DNA from: Torpedo marmorata
Taxonomy: Eukaryota
Length of the DNA stretch: 64,000 bases
Assembly (NCBI GenBank): GCA_977017645.1
Contig: OZ360247.1
Coordinates: 12,586,001 to 12,650,000, forward strand
Reading direction: 5' to 3'
In this document: positions 27,067 through 57,250 of the stretch, one piece after another
Position numbering within the stretch: the stretch's first letter is position 1
Layout: each line of letters begins with the position of its first letter
The notes under the pieces: generated by a model
Databases searched by the model: none
Told to the model about the DNA's origin: nothing
The model's input: the letters and a program-made list of their open reading frames with translations, nothing else
Translations under genes and position numbers: made by a program

Positions 27067-27802
27067 TCTTACACGGAGTTGCTTGGTAGCCGCGTCTGTA
27101 TCTAAAGGTACATTTGAGGCTAAGCCAGTATATAATATAACAGCGAAACGTCGGGCCTGAAGAAAGTTATGAATGTTTGATTGAAGTCTCGCAAGTTGGT
27201 TGCCTCCTGTGAGATCGTCTCTTTCAAAATCAACTGAAGAGTGTAAAACAACACACAAACAGAAAACATCTTTATTACAAACCTCATAGCAAGTTGGTGA
27301 AATACTCATTGTTTAACATTTTACATAAACATCATAAAATAAGGTACTCAAAGCTTTCTCTCCTATCAATCAGCAACTGACGTGTCTGTAAAGTAGAAGG
27401 AAAGCGTTGCGTCAAAATATCTTGACAATGGAAAACATCATTCATAAGATTTGGGACATAAACCTTCCCCAAAAATATCGACCTGGTGAAAGTTTTTCCA
27501 TTTTGAAAGAAACCATTCCCATTCTTTTGTTAAGCTCAGGGACAATGAGAAGGTGAACGGAGAAGTGCCGTCTTAAAACGGGGTTTTAATAATGTTTAAT
27601 ACACAAACGTACTGGAGAAACTCAGCAGATCACACGGCGTTCATAGGAAGTTAAAGGTAACCAACTTTTCGGGCCCGAGCCCTTCGTCAGTAGTTACACG
27701 TTGTCTGAGTAGATTGTTAACCGAGCTCCCCACGGATAATTGCTACATCCACCTCATTTTGAAACGATCCAAGGAAGTGTGGTGAAGATCACCTGAAACG
27801 TT

Positions 27803-28002
27803 ACCTCAGCCGGTCTCGTCGCGTCCATAGGAGGTAAAGATATTATCAACGTTTCGGGCCTGAGCTCTTCGACAAGGGCTCAGGCCCGAAACGGCGGTTA
27901 TATATCTTTACCTCCTATGGACGCTGCGAGACCTGCTGAGTTCCTCCAGCATTTCTGTGTTTTTACCACAATCACAGCGTCTGCAGACTTTCGTGTTTCA
28001 CT
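27803..28002. mobile_element. Fold-back (palindromic) PLE-tail element
   Basis: Inverted arms centred near 27870; 11-bp TSD cctgaaacgtt at 27792-27802 and 28003-28013. Confidence 0.8.
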
Positions 28003-28488
28003 CCTGAAACGTTTTGCTCTTTCTGCAGGTGCTGCCGAACCTGCCAAGTGTTTGCATCATTTTCTGTTTTTAACAAGGGAGCATAGTATCCGTCCTATCG
28101 GTTCCAGAGTCTTTATTGAATTCTAATATTCATCGCGTTACACGGCATTGTTGTTGCATGAGAACTTGTACGTTAAAATATCTTCAGTTTCCCTCTTATC
28201 TCGCCTTAGCCGAGGCCTGCCTCTGATCTTGCTTTCTCACACAGTGCAAAACAGTTTTCTTTCTCTGGGGGGAAGAAATCCATTGCATTTAATTTCGTTC
28301 ATTCATTTGAAGGCCGTCACGGGCTGGCTTTCTAAATCAACCCCGTACTTTACTAACAATGCTAGGAATTTAGAAATTGTTACTGTGTCCAAATTACTAG
28401 TGAAGTCAACGAGAAATTGACCCGGAAAGATTGTTGCAGGAGGTGACTGAATTAATCCTCTGAATATTGTTACTAGACTTGTACATGA

Positions 28489-45211
<16,723 letters not shown>

Positions 45212-45752
45212 AAGCTGGAACAACCGAATTAATGCCAAGGAAGCAACAAGGAAAAGGAAGTCGCCTGTATAATATACACCGCACGCCAGGATCAAGCTGG
45301 CTACCGTGTCCTTTATTAAATGTAATATATATATTCTGTTTAGCAATATGGTTATTGTCAGAAACATTTGTATTCCCCACACAACTTTTTAAATGTAAAC
45401 GGCCAAAATGCATCTCCAGGTTATGGTCCCAGACGGCTTTGCATCTGGGCACCCATGGCCTCGACTTGCAGATATCAAGTACAGTCGATTCCTCTTAAGT
45501 GAGGCAACATTGGCCGCAACACCGTTTGACCAACACATTCGCTGAAACATCAGGTGAAATGGATTTCTCCTTTAAACAAATACTGCCTTAAAATCAATCT
45601 AATTAGTTCTGGTTGTTAAAAAGGGAGCAAATTCCTCACACTTGTGTTGCGACAAATGACATGGTTTGATTTTCAATCTCATACACTTTGATGGTATTTG
45701 TAAAAAATTTAAATTGACCAGAACACCAGGTGAGTCAAATGTTGGAAGTTGT

Positions 45753-45753
<1 letters not shown>

Positions 45754-45825
<72 letters not shown>

Positions 45826-46005
45826 TTCTGTCTGTCTGTCTCNNNNNNNNNNNNNNNNNNNNNNNNNNNNNNNNNNNNNNNNNNNNNNNNNNNNNNNNNN
45901 NNNNNNNNNNNNNNNNNNNNNNNNNNNNNNNNNNNNNNNNNNNNNNNNNNNNNNNNNNNNNNNNNNNNNNNNNNNNNNNNNNNNNCTCACTCACACTCTC
46001 TCTGT
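45754..46005. repeat. (TC)n microsatellite in the PCGF2 3'UTR region, spanning gap 45843-45985
   Basis: Direct. Confidence 0.9.
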
Positions 46006-47216
46006 TTCTTCATCTCTGTCTCTCTAAAATTGCATTGTTATAAAACATCAAAAAGTCAACCTGAAATATTTGTGTACATGTTTGTCATCCTGAGGTTTTT
46101 AACATTAATGGAGCAGGAAATATACATCAGAGATGTTTATCTCCTATTTCCAGTTTTGCATTTTTAGAGAAAACACAACCAATACTTTTGTGTATTTTTC
46201 CAGTCAGTTGGATATGTCAGTTGTCTTCAGTTTTGATTTTGATGTTTTCTGAGTGTGTGTGGGGAGAGGGTGTCCTGCGCCAGAGTTGAACAGTGGAGCT
46301 ATTTTTGAGTTGCCTTTACTGTTCTGAATCCAATGATCAGATAAAGGCAGGAACCTCAGAGAAATCGTCCTTCAGGTCCTGATCGGAGAAATTATTTCAA
46401 AACATCTTCTCAACTCCTCTCAGTGGCCACATCACCAGTTTTGTTTTGGTGGAATGAGGGGCAACGTCTCCACACTCTGAGCTTCATCAGGCAGATTCTC
46501 CACTAACAAAAATTAAAGAATTTCATGTATGTTACATTCTAAATGTAGATTCTAATTCTAAATTATTACTTGACAATAATGGAACCTTTACCTTTGCAGC
46601 CCCATTCACGTTGGCATTTTTCGCCACCCTCCTTTCCCACGAGGCTCCTGCAATCTCATCAGAAAATCTGGTTACAAGTACCACGAGGAGATTCAGTTGG
46701 GGAAAATGTACAATCATTACTCTCTTTACTTTGAATGAATTCCGAATAACCAGATTAGAAACTATGGTCGAAAACCTCTGCTGATAAGATTAGAATACTC
46801 GATACAGGAACTACCTTGTAGATCGTACTTTTGTTTGGTAATTCAATAGACTTGATATTTTTCTACCATGGGTTTGAATGTTTTTGTTGCTTAGAATGAC
46901 AGCAATCAAATCTTTATTGCAAAAATAATCGGAATCATTCGAAACAAACTGCTTAACACAAGTGGGGCTTTTAAACACAACCTCAATTAACTGGAGTCGA
47001 CTGTACAATTTAGCATTTCAATGCTTACATTTTCCGAGTTTTATGAGTGTGTGTGTGAGTGAGAGAGAGAGAGAAAAAGCAATTGTGAGTGAGTGAATGA
47101 AGATGAAATTAAAATTCTTTCCCTCGAACGATTTGCTTAGAACAGAACAGTACAAACGAAATGAGTTCAGAATGGAATATTGTTTCATAAATTTTATTTT
47201 ATGTTTTGATAAACCT

Positions 47217-47222
47217 ATTAAA
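47217..47222 (+). terminator. Candidate PCGF2 polyadenylation signal ATTAAA (3'UTR about 2 kb)
   Basis: ATTAAA in an AT-rich stretch, followed by T/GT-rich sequence (ttgtatttgcttt). Other sites are possible. Confidence 0.35.
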
Positions 47223-49009
47223 TCATTCTAGAATTGTATTTGCTTTAATTATAAACATCTTCCCATGTTTCAGAATAACTGTAGAATGGGGAATGTTGTG
47301 ACGGCCACCGCTTTAAAATAATGAGAGTATCCATTTGTTTTCTATATTTTGCAAGGACTGGGGACGGATAACATCAAATCGTCTCATTTAGATACAGTAA
47401 ATTGTACTCTGCTGGGAGGTGACGTTTCCAGGAGACGAAGTTTAAGAGGGGATATTGAAGGTACAGAGTGTGCCGTTCAGAGACTGGAAGGGCAAGGTGC
47501 GCTAACGGATTCAACGCCGCAAGGGTCTGGTTGCAGTGAGTGCCTTACTGTCATTTTTAGGTTTCAAGCCCTCTTGCTTTGCTCCAGGAAGTCCCATTGA
47601 TTCCTGAGTTTGCAACAACAGCGCGATTTAGGAAGTTGTCCCACGGCTGGGCTCGATTGAACGATTGGGTTTGAACATAAGCGTCTTTGCGCGTGATCAT
47701 TCTGCCGCCGGCGTGATCTGTTGCAACGCGCTCTTAGAATTACCCCAGGTTTGGTTAAAGGGAGGTGTTGTCTTAAAAGGCGTTATTGTATGATGTTCCG
47801 CTGGCATTTTGCACCCACACCGAGTGCACATCAATCGGTGGGACGGAAACGATTCTGAATACTGGGTCACTGGAGGAATAAAGCTGGTCTCTGCAGAACG
47901 GCGCAGAAGCAATCACTTGTTCGGCCATGGGGAACAGCAGGGAATGGGAGAAGCACATGAGGAAGGGCGGAGTGTCCTGGGCTTGGGAACAGATGGGGGA
48001 TTGGCAACAGATGATATGGGAGAAGGAGAGAGGCACCGATACATCCAGAGCCTTGTATGAACAAGGCACCTACAAATTAATCTGCATTTTCACAATTTCA
48101 AGATTCAAGTTATTGTCTTGAACACAAAACCCACAAGGAAAGATTTCATTTGCCCTGTAAATTTCATATCAGTTCGAAATATATAATTAAAATTGCATCT
48201 AATTTGGGGGAAAACCATCGAAAGTTTGATGATAGAGGATGGTGTCGTACCTTGGCAGGAGATTGAAAACCATTCTGCTCAAGGGCGAGCGAGAGCAGGT
48301 TGTATTGTTTCGGGAATGGTCCTCTGTTCAAACCCAGAATCTGAGACGTCGGAGAGAAGCCGCGAATTTTTAAAAAAAACAGAACCCATCGCGGCCCAAA
48401 CCTTCAAACAGGGCTTCGGTGAAAATGCAACAAGATCGGTAGAAAGATCTAGCCGTCGACCTCTGTGCCCAACACACCTTTCTGGAGAGTCGCCATCGAT
48501 GCTGCAACATACCCTGGCCGTTTCAGTTTCAAAAAAGAAAGAACATGCTGGATACAAAATAAAATCCCATCATTCACAGACGCTTCTAATTCGAAATGTA
48601 TACATGGGATATAATGCATCGCTCCACCTGAATGTACAAATCAGAGAAGCGAGACAGTCAGTTTAGGATGAATTTAATATTTAATGCTGGTTTCAATGAA
48701 TAGCGACGGACACGGTCGACAGGAGATTATACACAACATGGCTCAGCTGGAAAGTTTACATGATATTAATATTACAAATGCACTGCATTGGCGTTACCTG
48801 ACACGCCAGCGTCCAATTTACCACAGATTGGATTGAGATTGTACCCGTCTAGGACAGAACAGGAGAGCATTTCATCAGACACAAACTCTAAGATGACTGG
48901 AAACTCGAAGGTGAAATGCAAATCCCCGGAGGAGGGAAGAGGCGTAACGTTGCTTTGTTGCTTCTTATTACAAGTGGCTGGGAGCGGCCAAACTGTCTTG
49001 CAAGAACCA

Positions 49010-49285
49010 TCGTTCTTCCCGGGTCTGCGTGGGTTTCCCGCCACCTTTCAAAACGTACGGGGGTTATAACCATATAATAACCATATAACATTTACAGCAC
49101 AGTAACAGGCCAGTTCGGCCCTTCTTGTCCATGCCGAACACATTCTCCCACCTAGTCCCACTGACCCGCACCCGGCCCATAACCCTCCACACCTCTCTCG
49201 TCCATATACCTATCCAACTTTAATTGGGGTATTTGGGCAGCACGGGCTCATGGGGCGGAAGAGCCTGTTACCGAGCTGTCTGTCT
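49010..49285 (+). mobile_element. V-SINE interrupted by a minus-strand CR1 3' end (~49076-49220)
   Basis: V-domain at 49010-49075 resumes at 49221; the insert starts with (aaccatat)n and ggcc...ttcggccc. Confidence 0.7.
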
Positions 49286-50535
49286 CCTCTGTCACCTGTT
49301 TGTTACAGCCTCCCTGCTGCTGTACGTGAAACACTTTTCTGTCGCCGAATCCTTATGTTTTTGATTGATTTATCTTTCGACGAATTTGAGTCCCTCCCCC
49401 CCCCAACGTTAAGGAATTTTGGGAAGCGGATTCGAGAGAGCAAATTTAGATTGCGAATCTTTCGTTAAAGTTTGAGAATATTCGCAGAGTAAATCGTGAA
49501 TATCCGGCTGCATTTAAGAGAGGTAGAAGGAGAGGTTAACTCTCACAACGATTGTATTTACTATACAGTTCACGACAGTTCGGTTTATTGAGTAGGGATG
49601 TGGACTTTACTGGGTAAAAAACTAAACTACAGTAGCCAATCACAATCCGACAGATAAATGTGGGTTATCAGACATTGCACGCCGTTTAAACACATGACGT
49701 GTCCATTTTTCTAGTTTGATGTATATTAAAAATCGTGACGCTCTAAGTCTAACCCAATAGAAACAAGGATATTTCCCAGCAAGACTTGACTGCTCCACTA
49801 GTGCGCGGTTCTAATTTGATGTCAAACGTGTTCTTTGCCCCTGTTCCAGAGATGTTGCATTCATTTATTTCATCAGTTGAACCAGAAGAGATATATTTTG
49901 TTCTCTCAGCCGTTCAACCCCCTCCAGATGTTCGCTGCATTTCCGCAGGTAGTTCGCGTACAGCCAACAATGAATCTTGCATGCAAATTCACAAGACTGG
50001 CTTTCCCTCAAATTCTATCTTATCCCACTGCACATTTCCAATTCGCCGCGAGATAGAAACATCTTAAACTTTGTTGAAAACTTTTACCAATCTAACGGGA
50101 ATAGCGTATCTAACTGGAGGGAACAGGGATGTAAATTATAATCAGAAATTCGAATTAAACATAGTGTAAATCTATTAATCATCGTGTAAATCTAATAAAT
50201 TGATTTATTTATTTTATAGATAAAATACTTGTCCTGCATATATATTGTTTGTCTGTATGTGTGTTATGTCTGGTTGTGTGTCTGCGTGTTTTACACTGAG
50301 GACCGGAGAATGCTGTTTCGTCGGGTTGTACTTGTACAATCAGATGACAATAAACTTGACTTGTGTGGTGGTAACAACGTTGAACATTGGACTTCATGAA
50401 CATTGGGAAAAGAAAGTTTTTATTTATTTTGGAAAAAAACTATTCCTTTGAGGGTTGTATTTAACATGTGTTACATGACATTACAGAGTTTCATTATTCT
50501 CTCAAAATAAATGGAAAGATGATAATTGCTCATAA

Positions 50536-51137
50536 CACTGACCAACAAAATTTTCAAAAGGTTTGCTTCCTGAAACAAAATTGAGGATTATGATAGACAA
50601 CTTCAAAGTGAACACAAAGATAATTTGAGATTTGCTGTACCACGAAGGAAGTTGGAGAAACTTTAAATTAACTTTTATTGAATTTAGCATTTTAATCACA
50701 TAATGATGCTGACACATTGCGTCAGTTCAACTGACCTAAAAATGTTTTGCCGCTGATTTTCGTTTGTACTCGGCATCTGATGCCTCTCGTGTCAGTGTGC
50801 AACAATAGTCGGCCAGCATTGATGGATTCCAATTGCCCTGATAGCATGTTTCCATGGTCGCAATGTCATGGTGAAACCTTTCACCATGTTCGTCACTGAC
50901 TGCACCAAGATCAGCAGGGAAGAAGTCCAAGTGCGAATGCAGAAAAGGAATTTTCAATGACATGTGGCAGTTCATGGTTTTGTATGCTTGAAGCATGTTA
51001 AAAATATGACAGGAAGTCACAAAAATAGGTTAAATCTACGCGATAGGAAAGTTTTAAGGTGATTTTCATGATCAGCAGCCCAAAATCCATAAAATACACC
51101 TAAAAGTGTTCAGGTACCAAATCTTCACTGTCCAGAT
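50536..51137 (-). mobile_element. Internally deleted Chapaev3-type (CMC) DNA transposon
   Basis: Transposase C-terminus MSLKIPFLHSHLDFFPADLGAVSDEHGERFHHDI...YQGNWNPSMLADYC (ORF 50736..51020); left end CACTGACCAACAAA, degraded right end ctgtccagat; 3-bp TSD TAA on both sides (50533-50535, 51138-51140). Confidence 0.75.
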
Positions 51138-51619
51138 TAATTTGTATGAAATGCTACCAGATTAGATATGTGACAATAAAGCGGGATGGTTACTTACACC
51201 AATGGATATACATCAACTACGCAGGAGTGAGAGGGTCAGCGGGATCTCCTTTCAATACACGGAAGATGAAATAATCGTTAGAAGGTCACAGAGAATTTTA
51301 AGATGATTGGAGCCTTGAATGCTCTCACCAGAACACAAACGCTCCAGAAACCGACAGGAATCAGAATAAAGCATAGAAGCAGGTAATTCAGCTCAAACTG
51401 CATGTGCTGGCCATTATTCTCTTGGAACATTCTGGAATCTGGAATCTGCTTCCAAGTGTATTTCAGGTGACCCCGCCTTTAAAATAATCCTGTAAGTATG
51501 ACGAAAGTGTTGGAACTCCACATAGGTCAAACTATAGACAGGCTGTAGAGCATCCTTCCTGCTAACCTCTGAAAGGGGCAAATGGTTCACAAGAAAAATG
51601 GAAATAAATAGGGTCCCTA

Positions 51620-51832
51620 TTTCTTTCCACACAGAGGCTGGTGGGTGTGTGGAATGAGCTGGTAGACGTGGAGACAACTATGTTGACATTTAAAAGCTAT
51701 TTGGACGTGTACATGGAGAGGAAAGAGTTTGTGGTGAATGGGCCAAGAAGAGCAAATGGGACTGGATCAGGCGGGCCATTGTGGGCATGGAGGCATTGGG
51801 CCACAGAGCCTGTTCCTAAGTCTCTATGTCTC
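51620..51832 (+). mobile_element. CR1 LINE 3' end
   Basis: ttccacacagagg..gtgggtgtgtggaatgagctg...acatttaaaag..ttggac...gggcc...gcctgtt. Confidence 0.75.
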
Positions 51833-51949
51833 CCACTTAACACTGGGTAATTGGGAAGGAATGGATTTGACACTGACTTCACCAGAATATCGTACAGCTT
51901 CAAAGACAAATCAATATGATCAACCCATCTGCCCAATACTATTCTAATC

Positions 51950-52051
51950 TTTGATGAAGGGCTCAAGCCCGAAACGTCGGTTATGTATTTCTACCTTTGC
52001 TGCATAAAAGACACTGTTTGACCTGCTGAGTTCTCCAGCATTTGTGTTTTT
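51950..52051 (+). mobile_element. 102-bp PLE-tail insertion beginning with a minimal hammerhead-like core
   Basis: TTGATGA-A-GGGC-TCAA-GCCC-GAAACGTC at its 5' end; exact 13-bp TSD tactattctaatc at 51937-51949 and 52052-52064. Confidence 0.85.
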
Positions 52052-53629
52052 TACTATTCTAATCATGTCTAACCTAGTAGTAAAATCATTCCTGGATTCC
52101 ATCTTGTCACAGATGTCATTTCCTTTCTCTTCCCTGCCTCTGCATTGAATGAAAATGATTAAATCTTTAATTTCTTCCTATACTGATGAAAAATAACTGA
52201 CGGACTTTTAACCTTTTCTCTATCTCCACCTGTCAGGCTGAACTCCCTGCTTTTCATTCGTTTCCAGCCTTTTGGATATTTTGTTTTGGTTTCTTTAAAT
52301 ATTTTTAAAATTAAAATTTAGACGTACAGCATGGTAACATGCTCTTCCGGCCCACAAGCCCAAGCCGCCCAAATACATCAATTGACTTGCAAACGGAACC
52401 CTGAACGTTTAATTGAAAATTCACCATGGAACCTGCTTTAGAAACTTCCCTTCCCACTGCACTTCAGCAATGTCTCTGCTGGTGACTCACTCAGGAAGCA
52501 CCCTGTGGGAGAATCTCATCCACTCTGGGCAGTCGGGGCTAACTGAATTCTTCATTAAGCCAAAAGATGACGATTGTATCCGCTGCGGCCTTTTGGGAAC
52601 AACAAGCGAATGGATGAAGTAAATTCATATGATGCCAGAATTATTTTTTTTATTGAATACAAGGCTAGTTATTGGCTTGATTACCAGGATCTCCCCCAAC
52701 TAAGATCAAGTTGCTCACTCCTGAATTAATTGATAAGATTACCAGGCGCAAGTTGAAAGGCCTACTTCTGTTTCAAATCTATCTATTTTCCTGCATCAAT
52801 TATTAAATCAGTTAAACAAGGTTTTGATCAAATGGCAGGAATGTAGTAATCCCTTTGGAGTACCGACCTCAAGGATGGATGGTTCAGATGTACAGTTCTC
52901 CCAATTATTTACAGTAATTTATATTATATTGTATTGTTTATATTAGTTTGCAGTGACTTCCAATGTTACAGCAGACATCCAAGCTCTAGGGATCTTCATA
53001 TCTAATGTGTCGGTGTGAAAATGAGACCCATTCTCACAGATATTTGTCTCAATAATGCTTGTTTGTACAAAAAATATAAAAACATGTACATGCTGATTTT
53101 TATTTGATGAAAGCTTGAAATATTTTAATAGGGGAGAATTTTAATTTGGCATATGCCAGTGAGTTTATTTCCAAAAAAAAAATTACATTTTAAAATATTT
53201 GTAAATAAATCATGGAAGATTTGACTGCCACCTATTTTGTGATAATGGTGGTTGATTATTAGTTTTTGTTTTGAACTAATATTGATAATTTTTGGTGAGA
53301 TTACGAAGTCATAACTTATAAAATTAGTGTTAGCATTGGTTAGTTGTTTAAGTAGCTACAGTGGAAGATGAGAGGCAGGTTTGTGAAAGAATTGGAATAT
53401 CTATCAAATCAAGGGGAGTGAGTACAGGTGAACACACACACAGCTCACATACAAACAGAATGGATTCATGACACCTAAACAAACGTGGCATCGTTTGTGA
53501 GAGCTCTGAGAATAGTTCTTGAATTTAATATGTAGGCATTTCAATGCCATTGTTTTCTCTAGGTTTTATACCTATCCCGAAATGTACTGACCTATGCTAG
53601 GCTATAGGATCCATTGCCATTGCCATTCA

Positions 53630-54063
53630 TACCACTGTCTGGATTTGACGTGCCAATGCACAGGAGAGGAAGAGGCTACATAGAGTTGTGAACTCAGCCA
53701 GCGACATCATGGGCATTAGTCTTCATTCCATTAAGGACATCTACAAGTGGTGGTGTCTCAAGAAAGCAGCCTCTATCATTCATCAAGGACCCTCACCACC
53801 CAGGCCATAACCTCCTCTCACTGCTACCATCAGAAAGGAGGTACAGGAGCCTGAAGACGAACACCCAATGGTACAAAAACAGCTTCTTCCCCTCCACCAT
53901 CCGATTTCTGAATGGATAATGAACCACAGACACTACCTCACCCTTTCTCTTCTTTTGCACTAATTTATTTTAAAAATGTAGTTTATAGAAATCTTTGCAC
54001 CTGTAATGCTGCCGCAAAATAATGAATTTTGTGACACATGTTCATGACAATACATTCTGATTC
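53630..54063 (+). mobile_element. Rex1-type LINE 3' fragment
   Basis: ...aaggaccctcaccacccaggcc...ctgctaccatcagaaaggaggtacaggagcctgaagac...catgacaata, then (ttctga)n; reverse complement of the 6641 family. Confidence 0.72.
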
Positions 54064-54953
54064 TGCTTCTGGTTCCTTGTATTTTGTTAACCCTCGCTGA
54101 ACTCACACAGGAGACCATACTTTGTGTTCAGGTATAGACAATGAGCACCCCAGCATCAACAATAGCATCTTGCACTCATGTAGTCTCTCAAATCCTATGA
54201 AATGTCCCAAAGTGATTACCATTATTGTCATTAAATTTTAAAAAAGGCGACATTAGGTCACACAGAGATATTGGGGCAGATGACCAAAGCTTGGATAAAG
54301 AGGTAGGTTTTAAGGAATGTCTTAACGGAGGAGAGAATGGCAGCTGAAAGCATAGCTGTTGGTGCTGGGTCATTTAAAAAGAGGAGAGGACAAGGAAATA
54401 GATTCAGAGGCATTAATAAAAATAAACATTATATTGGATTATGCGAGGATCGTGGGAATGATCCTCGTTTCTCTTGTTCATCTCCAGCAGAGGTCACTAG
54501 ATTAGAAGGAGGAGGGGAATTCTAGTTTATCTACCGATGTCGCCATTCTAACGAAGCTATTTTGCAGCTAGTTTTAATGCCCACTGCTAGCTGAAACTAG
54601 GTAACTCAGAGTGGATCAGTGTTCTTATTGAATTGCCTACAAATGTGCTTGTGGACTACTGAGCAAGTGGTGGGAAGCTACCTCAGATATGTTCCTTTAA
54701 GCAATGTCTCCCTCTCTCAGCACACCACCCCCAACCCCCTGCACTCAATTTTTCCCCACTGCCAATCTGCCCACCACACACCACCCCACTATTGACTCCC
54801 ACCCCACTGATCCCCAGAGGCCAATCCTTGCTTTGCTCTTCTGCCAATTGTCCGCCTAACCCTTCACTTATCCATAAACTGCGATGCTACACACTGCACA
54901 ACTTCTAATGCCCAACTCTCAGCCACAGCCCACTCTTGCATGATCCAGTCCTA

Positions 54954-55204
54954 GTAAAACACGAAAGTCTGCAGACACTGGTTGAAGTAAAAACACAACG
55001 CTGGAGAAACTCAGCAGGTCAAACAGTGTACTTTATACAGCAAAGATTGATATACAAAACCAACATTTTGGGCTTGAGCCATTCTTCAAGGTGATTTACC
55101 TGATGAAGGGCTTCAAGCCCGAAACATTGATTTTGTATCTTGATCTTTACTACATAAAGTACACTGTTTGACCTGCTGAGTTTCTCCAGCATTGCGTTTT
55201 TACT
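54954..55204. mobile_element. Fold-back PLE-tail element with a canonical CTGATGA...GAAA core on the + arm
   Basis: Arms of about 100 bp; CTGATGA 55100-55106, stem GGGC/GCCC, GAAAC 55121-55125. Confidence 0.8.
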
Positions 55205-56199
55205 GGGTTTAACTGAATTTCTTTTCCATTCTGGTAGAGAAAGACCTTTGATTGAATAAGGAATATCCTGCAACACACAAGAATTGTTACTGACATTCCC
55301 ACAAACATTAGTTGGCCTGTAGCAAACTGATCAATAATCTGTTCAAACAAATGATTTTCAATTACTGGTCAATATGCTTAATTTGTTGAGCTATGGAAGG
55401 TCATCCTGATTAATCTTTGGTTGCATGCACTTTGATTAACATCTTTATTATTTGAATATTAAGGAACCACCATCATTTGCCTTGTGCATTTCACTAGTAA
55501 GGAATTACCATTAATTATTGAGCATTTTTTTTTCCTTTTTCTTTTTGCCATCTATTCACTTATTGCCTCAGTTAAACAGGAAGACCAATTATGTAATCAT
55601 GGGACTTGTTTTGTATTTATTACCAAGCCTGAAAATGGGGAAAAACTGAATTGACATCAGTGAAGAGGAGATTAACCTCTGAAGTCCCTGCTTCAAATGT
55701 AGTCATCATTCAGCTTTTACGTTCAGGTTTTGTAAAGTCTTTAAAGTAGTCTCCACAATGTACTGCTTACTATTTACACAAATATCACCAGTGAAACAAA
55801 TGAAAAATTAAGAGTTAATTGCTTCTTTTAAAAGAATAGTAAGATTCTGATGATTTTCTCATGTGTTTGGAATGATTTCACAATGAAAGAGATGTCCATC
55901 AAAAAGGAGGTCAAATAAGGGATAAAATGTCAAAGAGAAAAAATAATATAGATTGAGCGGCACGGTTGGCGTAGCGGTTAGCGCAACGCTTTTACAGCAC
56001 CAGTCCCCCGTTTCACACTGAAACCTATAGTTGGGAGAACGGAGGGCCTAATAGAACCAGTGAAAATCTCAGACACAAAAAAATCTCAGCTTCGGTAGAC
56101 AACTTGATCAGCATCAACAAGTAGGGCCGAAGGGCCTGTTTCCATTCTACAAAACTCTGTGACTCTATGACATTTGTTTGAAAAACATTGTAGAAAATT

Positions 56200-57043
56200 A
56201 GGCGAAGCACACACCCATGCCTCTAACAACTCCTACCGATGCATCTTCGAAAGCGTACTTGCCGGCTGCATCACACCGTGGTACAGGAACTGTTCTGAAG
56301 GAGCTCAGATTTCAGATTTATTGTCAGAGTGCAAATATGACATCATGTACAACCCTGAGATTCTTTTTCCAGCGGGCGAGGCAGAATTACCATTTATTGG
56401 TAGTGCAAAAAAACTGTACTCAACGTACACATGTAAACAAAAAAGAAAAGTAAACAAACTGACTGTGCAATACAGAGAGAAAAAATATCAATAAAGTGCA
56501 AAGGTAAGAGTCCTTAAATGAGTTCCTGATTGAGTTTGTTGTTGAGGAGTCTGATGGTGGAGGGGCTGTTCCTGAACCTGGTGGTGCGAGTCTTGTGGCA
56601 CCTATACCTCTTTCCTGATGGTAGCAGCGAGAACAGAGCGTGTGCTGGGTGGTGTGGATCCTTGGTGATTGCTGCTGCTCTCCGACAGTAGATGGTCTCG
56701 ATGGTGAGGAGGGTTTGCCTCTGTCCACTATCTTTTGCAGGACTTTACGCACAGGGATATTGGTGTCCCCATACCAGACCATGATGCAGAAGGTATTGAA
56801 TGTAGTTGAGAAGATCACACAAAGTTCACTCCCCAACATGAACTCCAGCTGCCAAGGAAAAGGCAGCCAACATACTGAAGGACCCATCGGGGAGCAAGCT
56901 TAAGTGTAAAAGCATGCCCCATCAGGGTTGGACATGTTCCTCACTGCAACCAGTAGGCTCCTGAATGTTCAAAGTTCAGATTTATTGTCAGAGTACATAC
57001 ATGCCATCGCACAACCCTGAGATTATTTTTTCCTGCGGGCCAG
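56200..57043. mobile_element. Nested Rex1-type LINE fragments in both orientations
   Basis: YRCIFESVLAGCITPWY motif (+) interrupted by a minus-strand tail (cagatttcagatttattgtcagag...). Confidence 0.65.
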
Positions 57044-57250
57044 TGTAGTGTGGATTGGGGAGGGTCACGTGACCTCTCCATTTGGAACCTAGTCGGAAGT
57101 CACATCACCTGCCAATCAAGTTTGGATTCCGCCCACCAATTGGTGCACAGCTTACCATTGGCCCCTTTAATCACCTAGTGATTACCTGAGCCGGACCCTC
57201 CAGCTAACTGTGCTATAAAGTCCACCACATGTAGTAGCTCATTTTCTTTT

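Noticed and set aside
48193-48666. 157-aa ORF downstream of PCGF2
   Set aside because: Non-ATG start, no recognisable motif or splice support; cannot be supported without a search.
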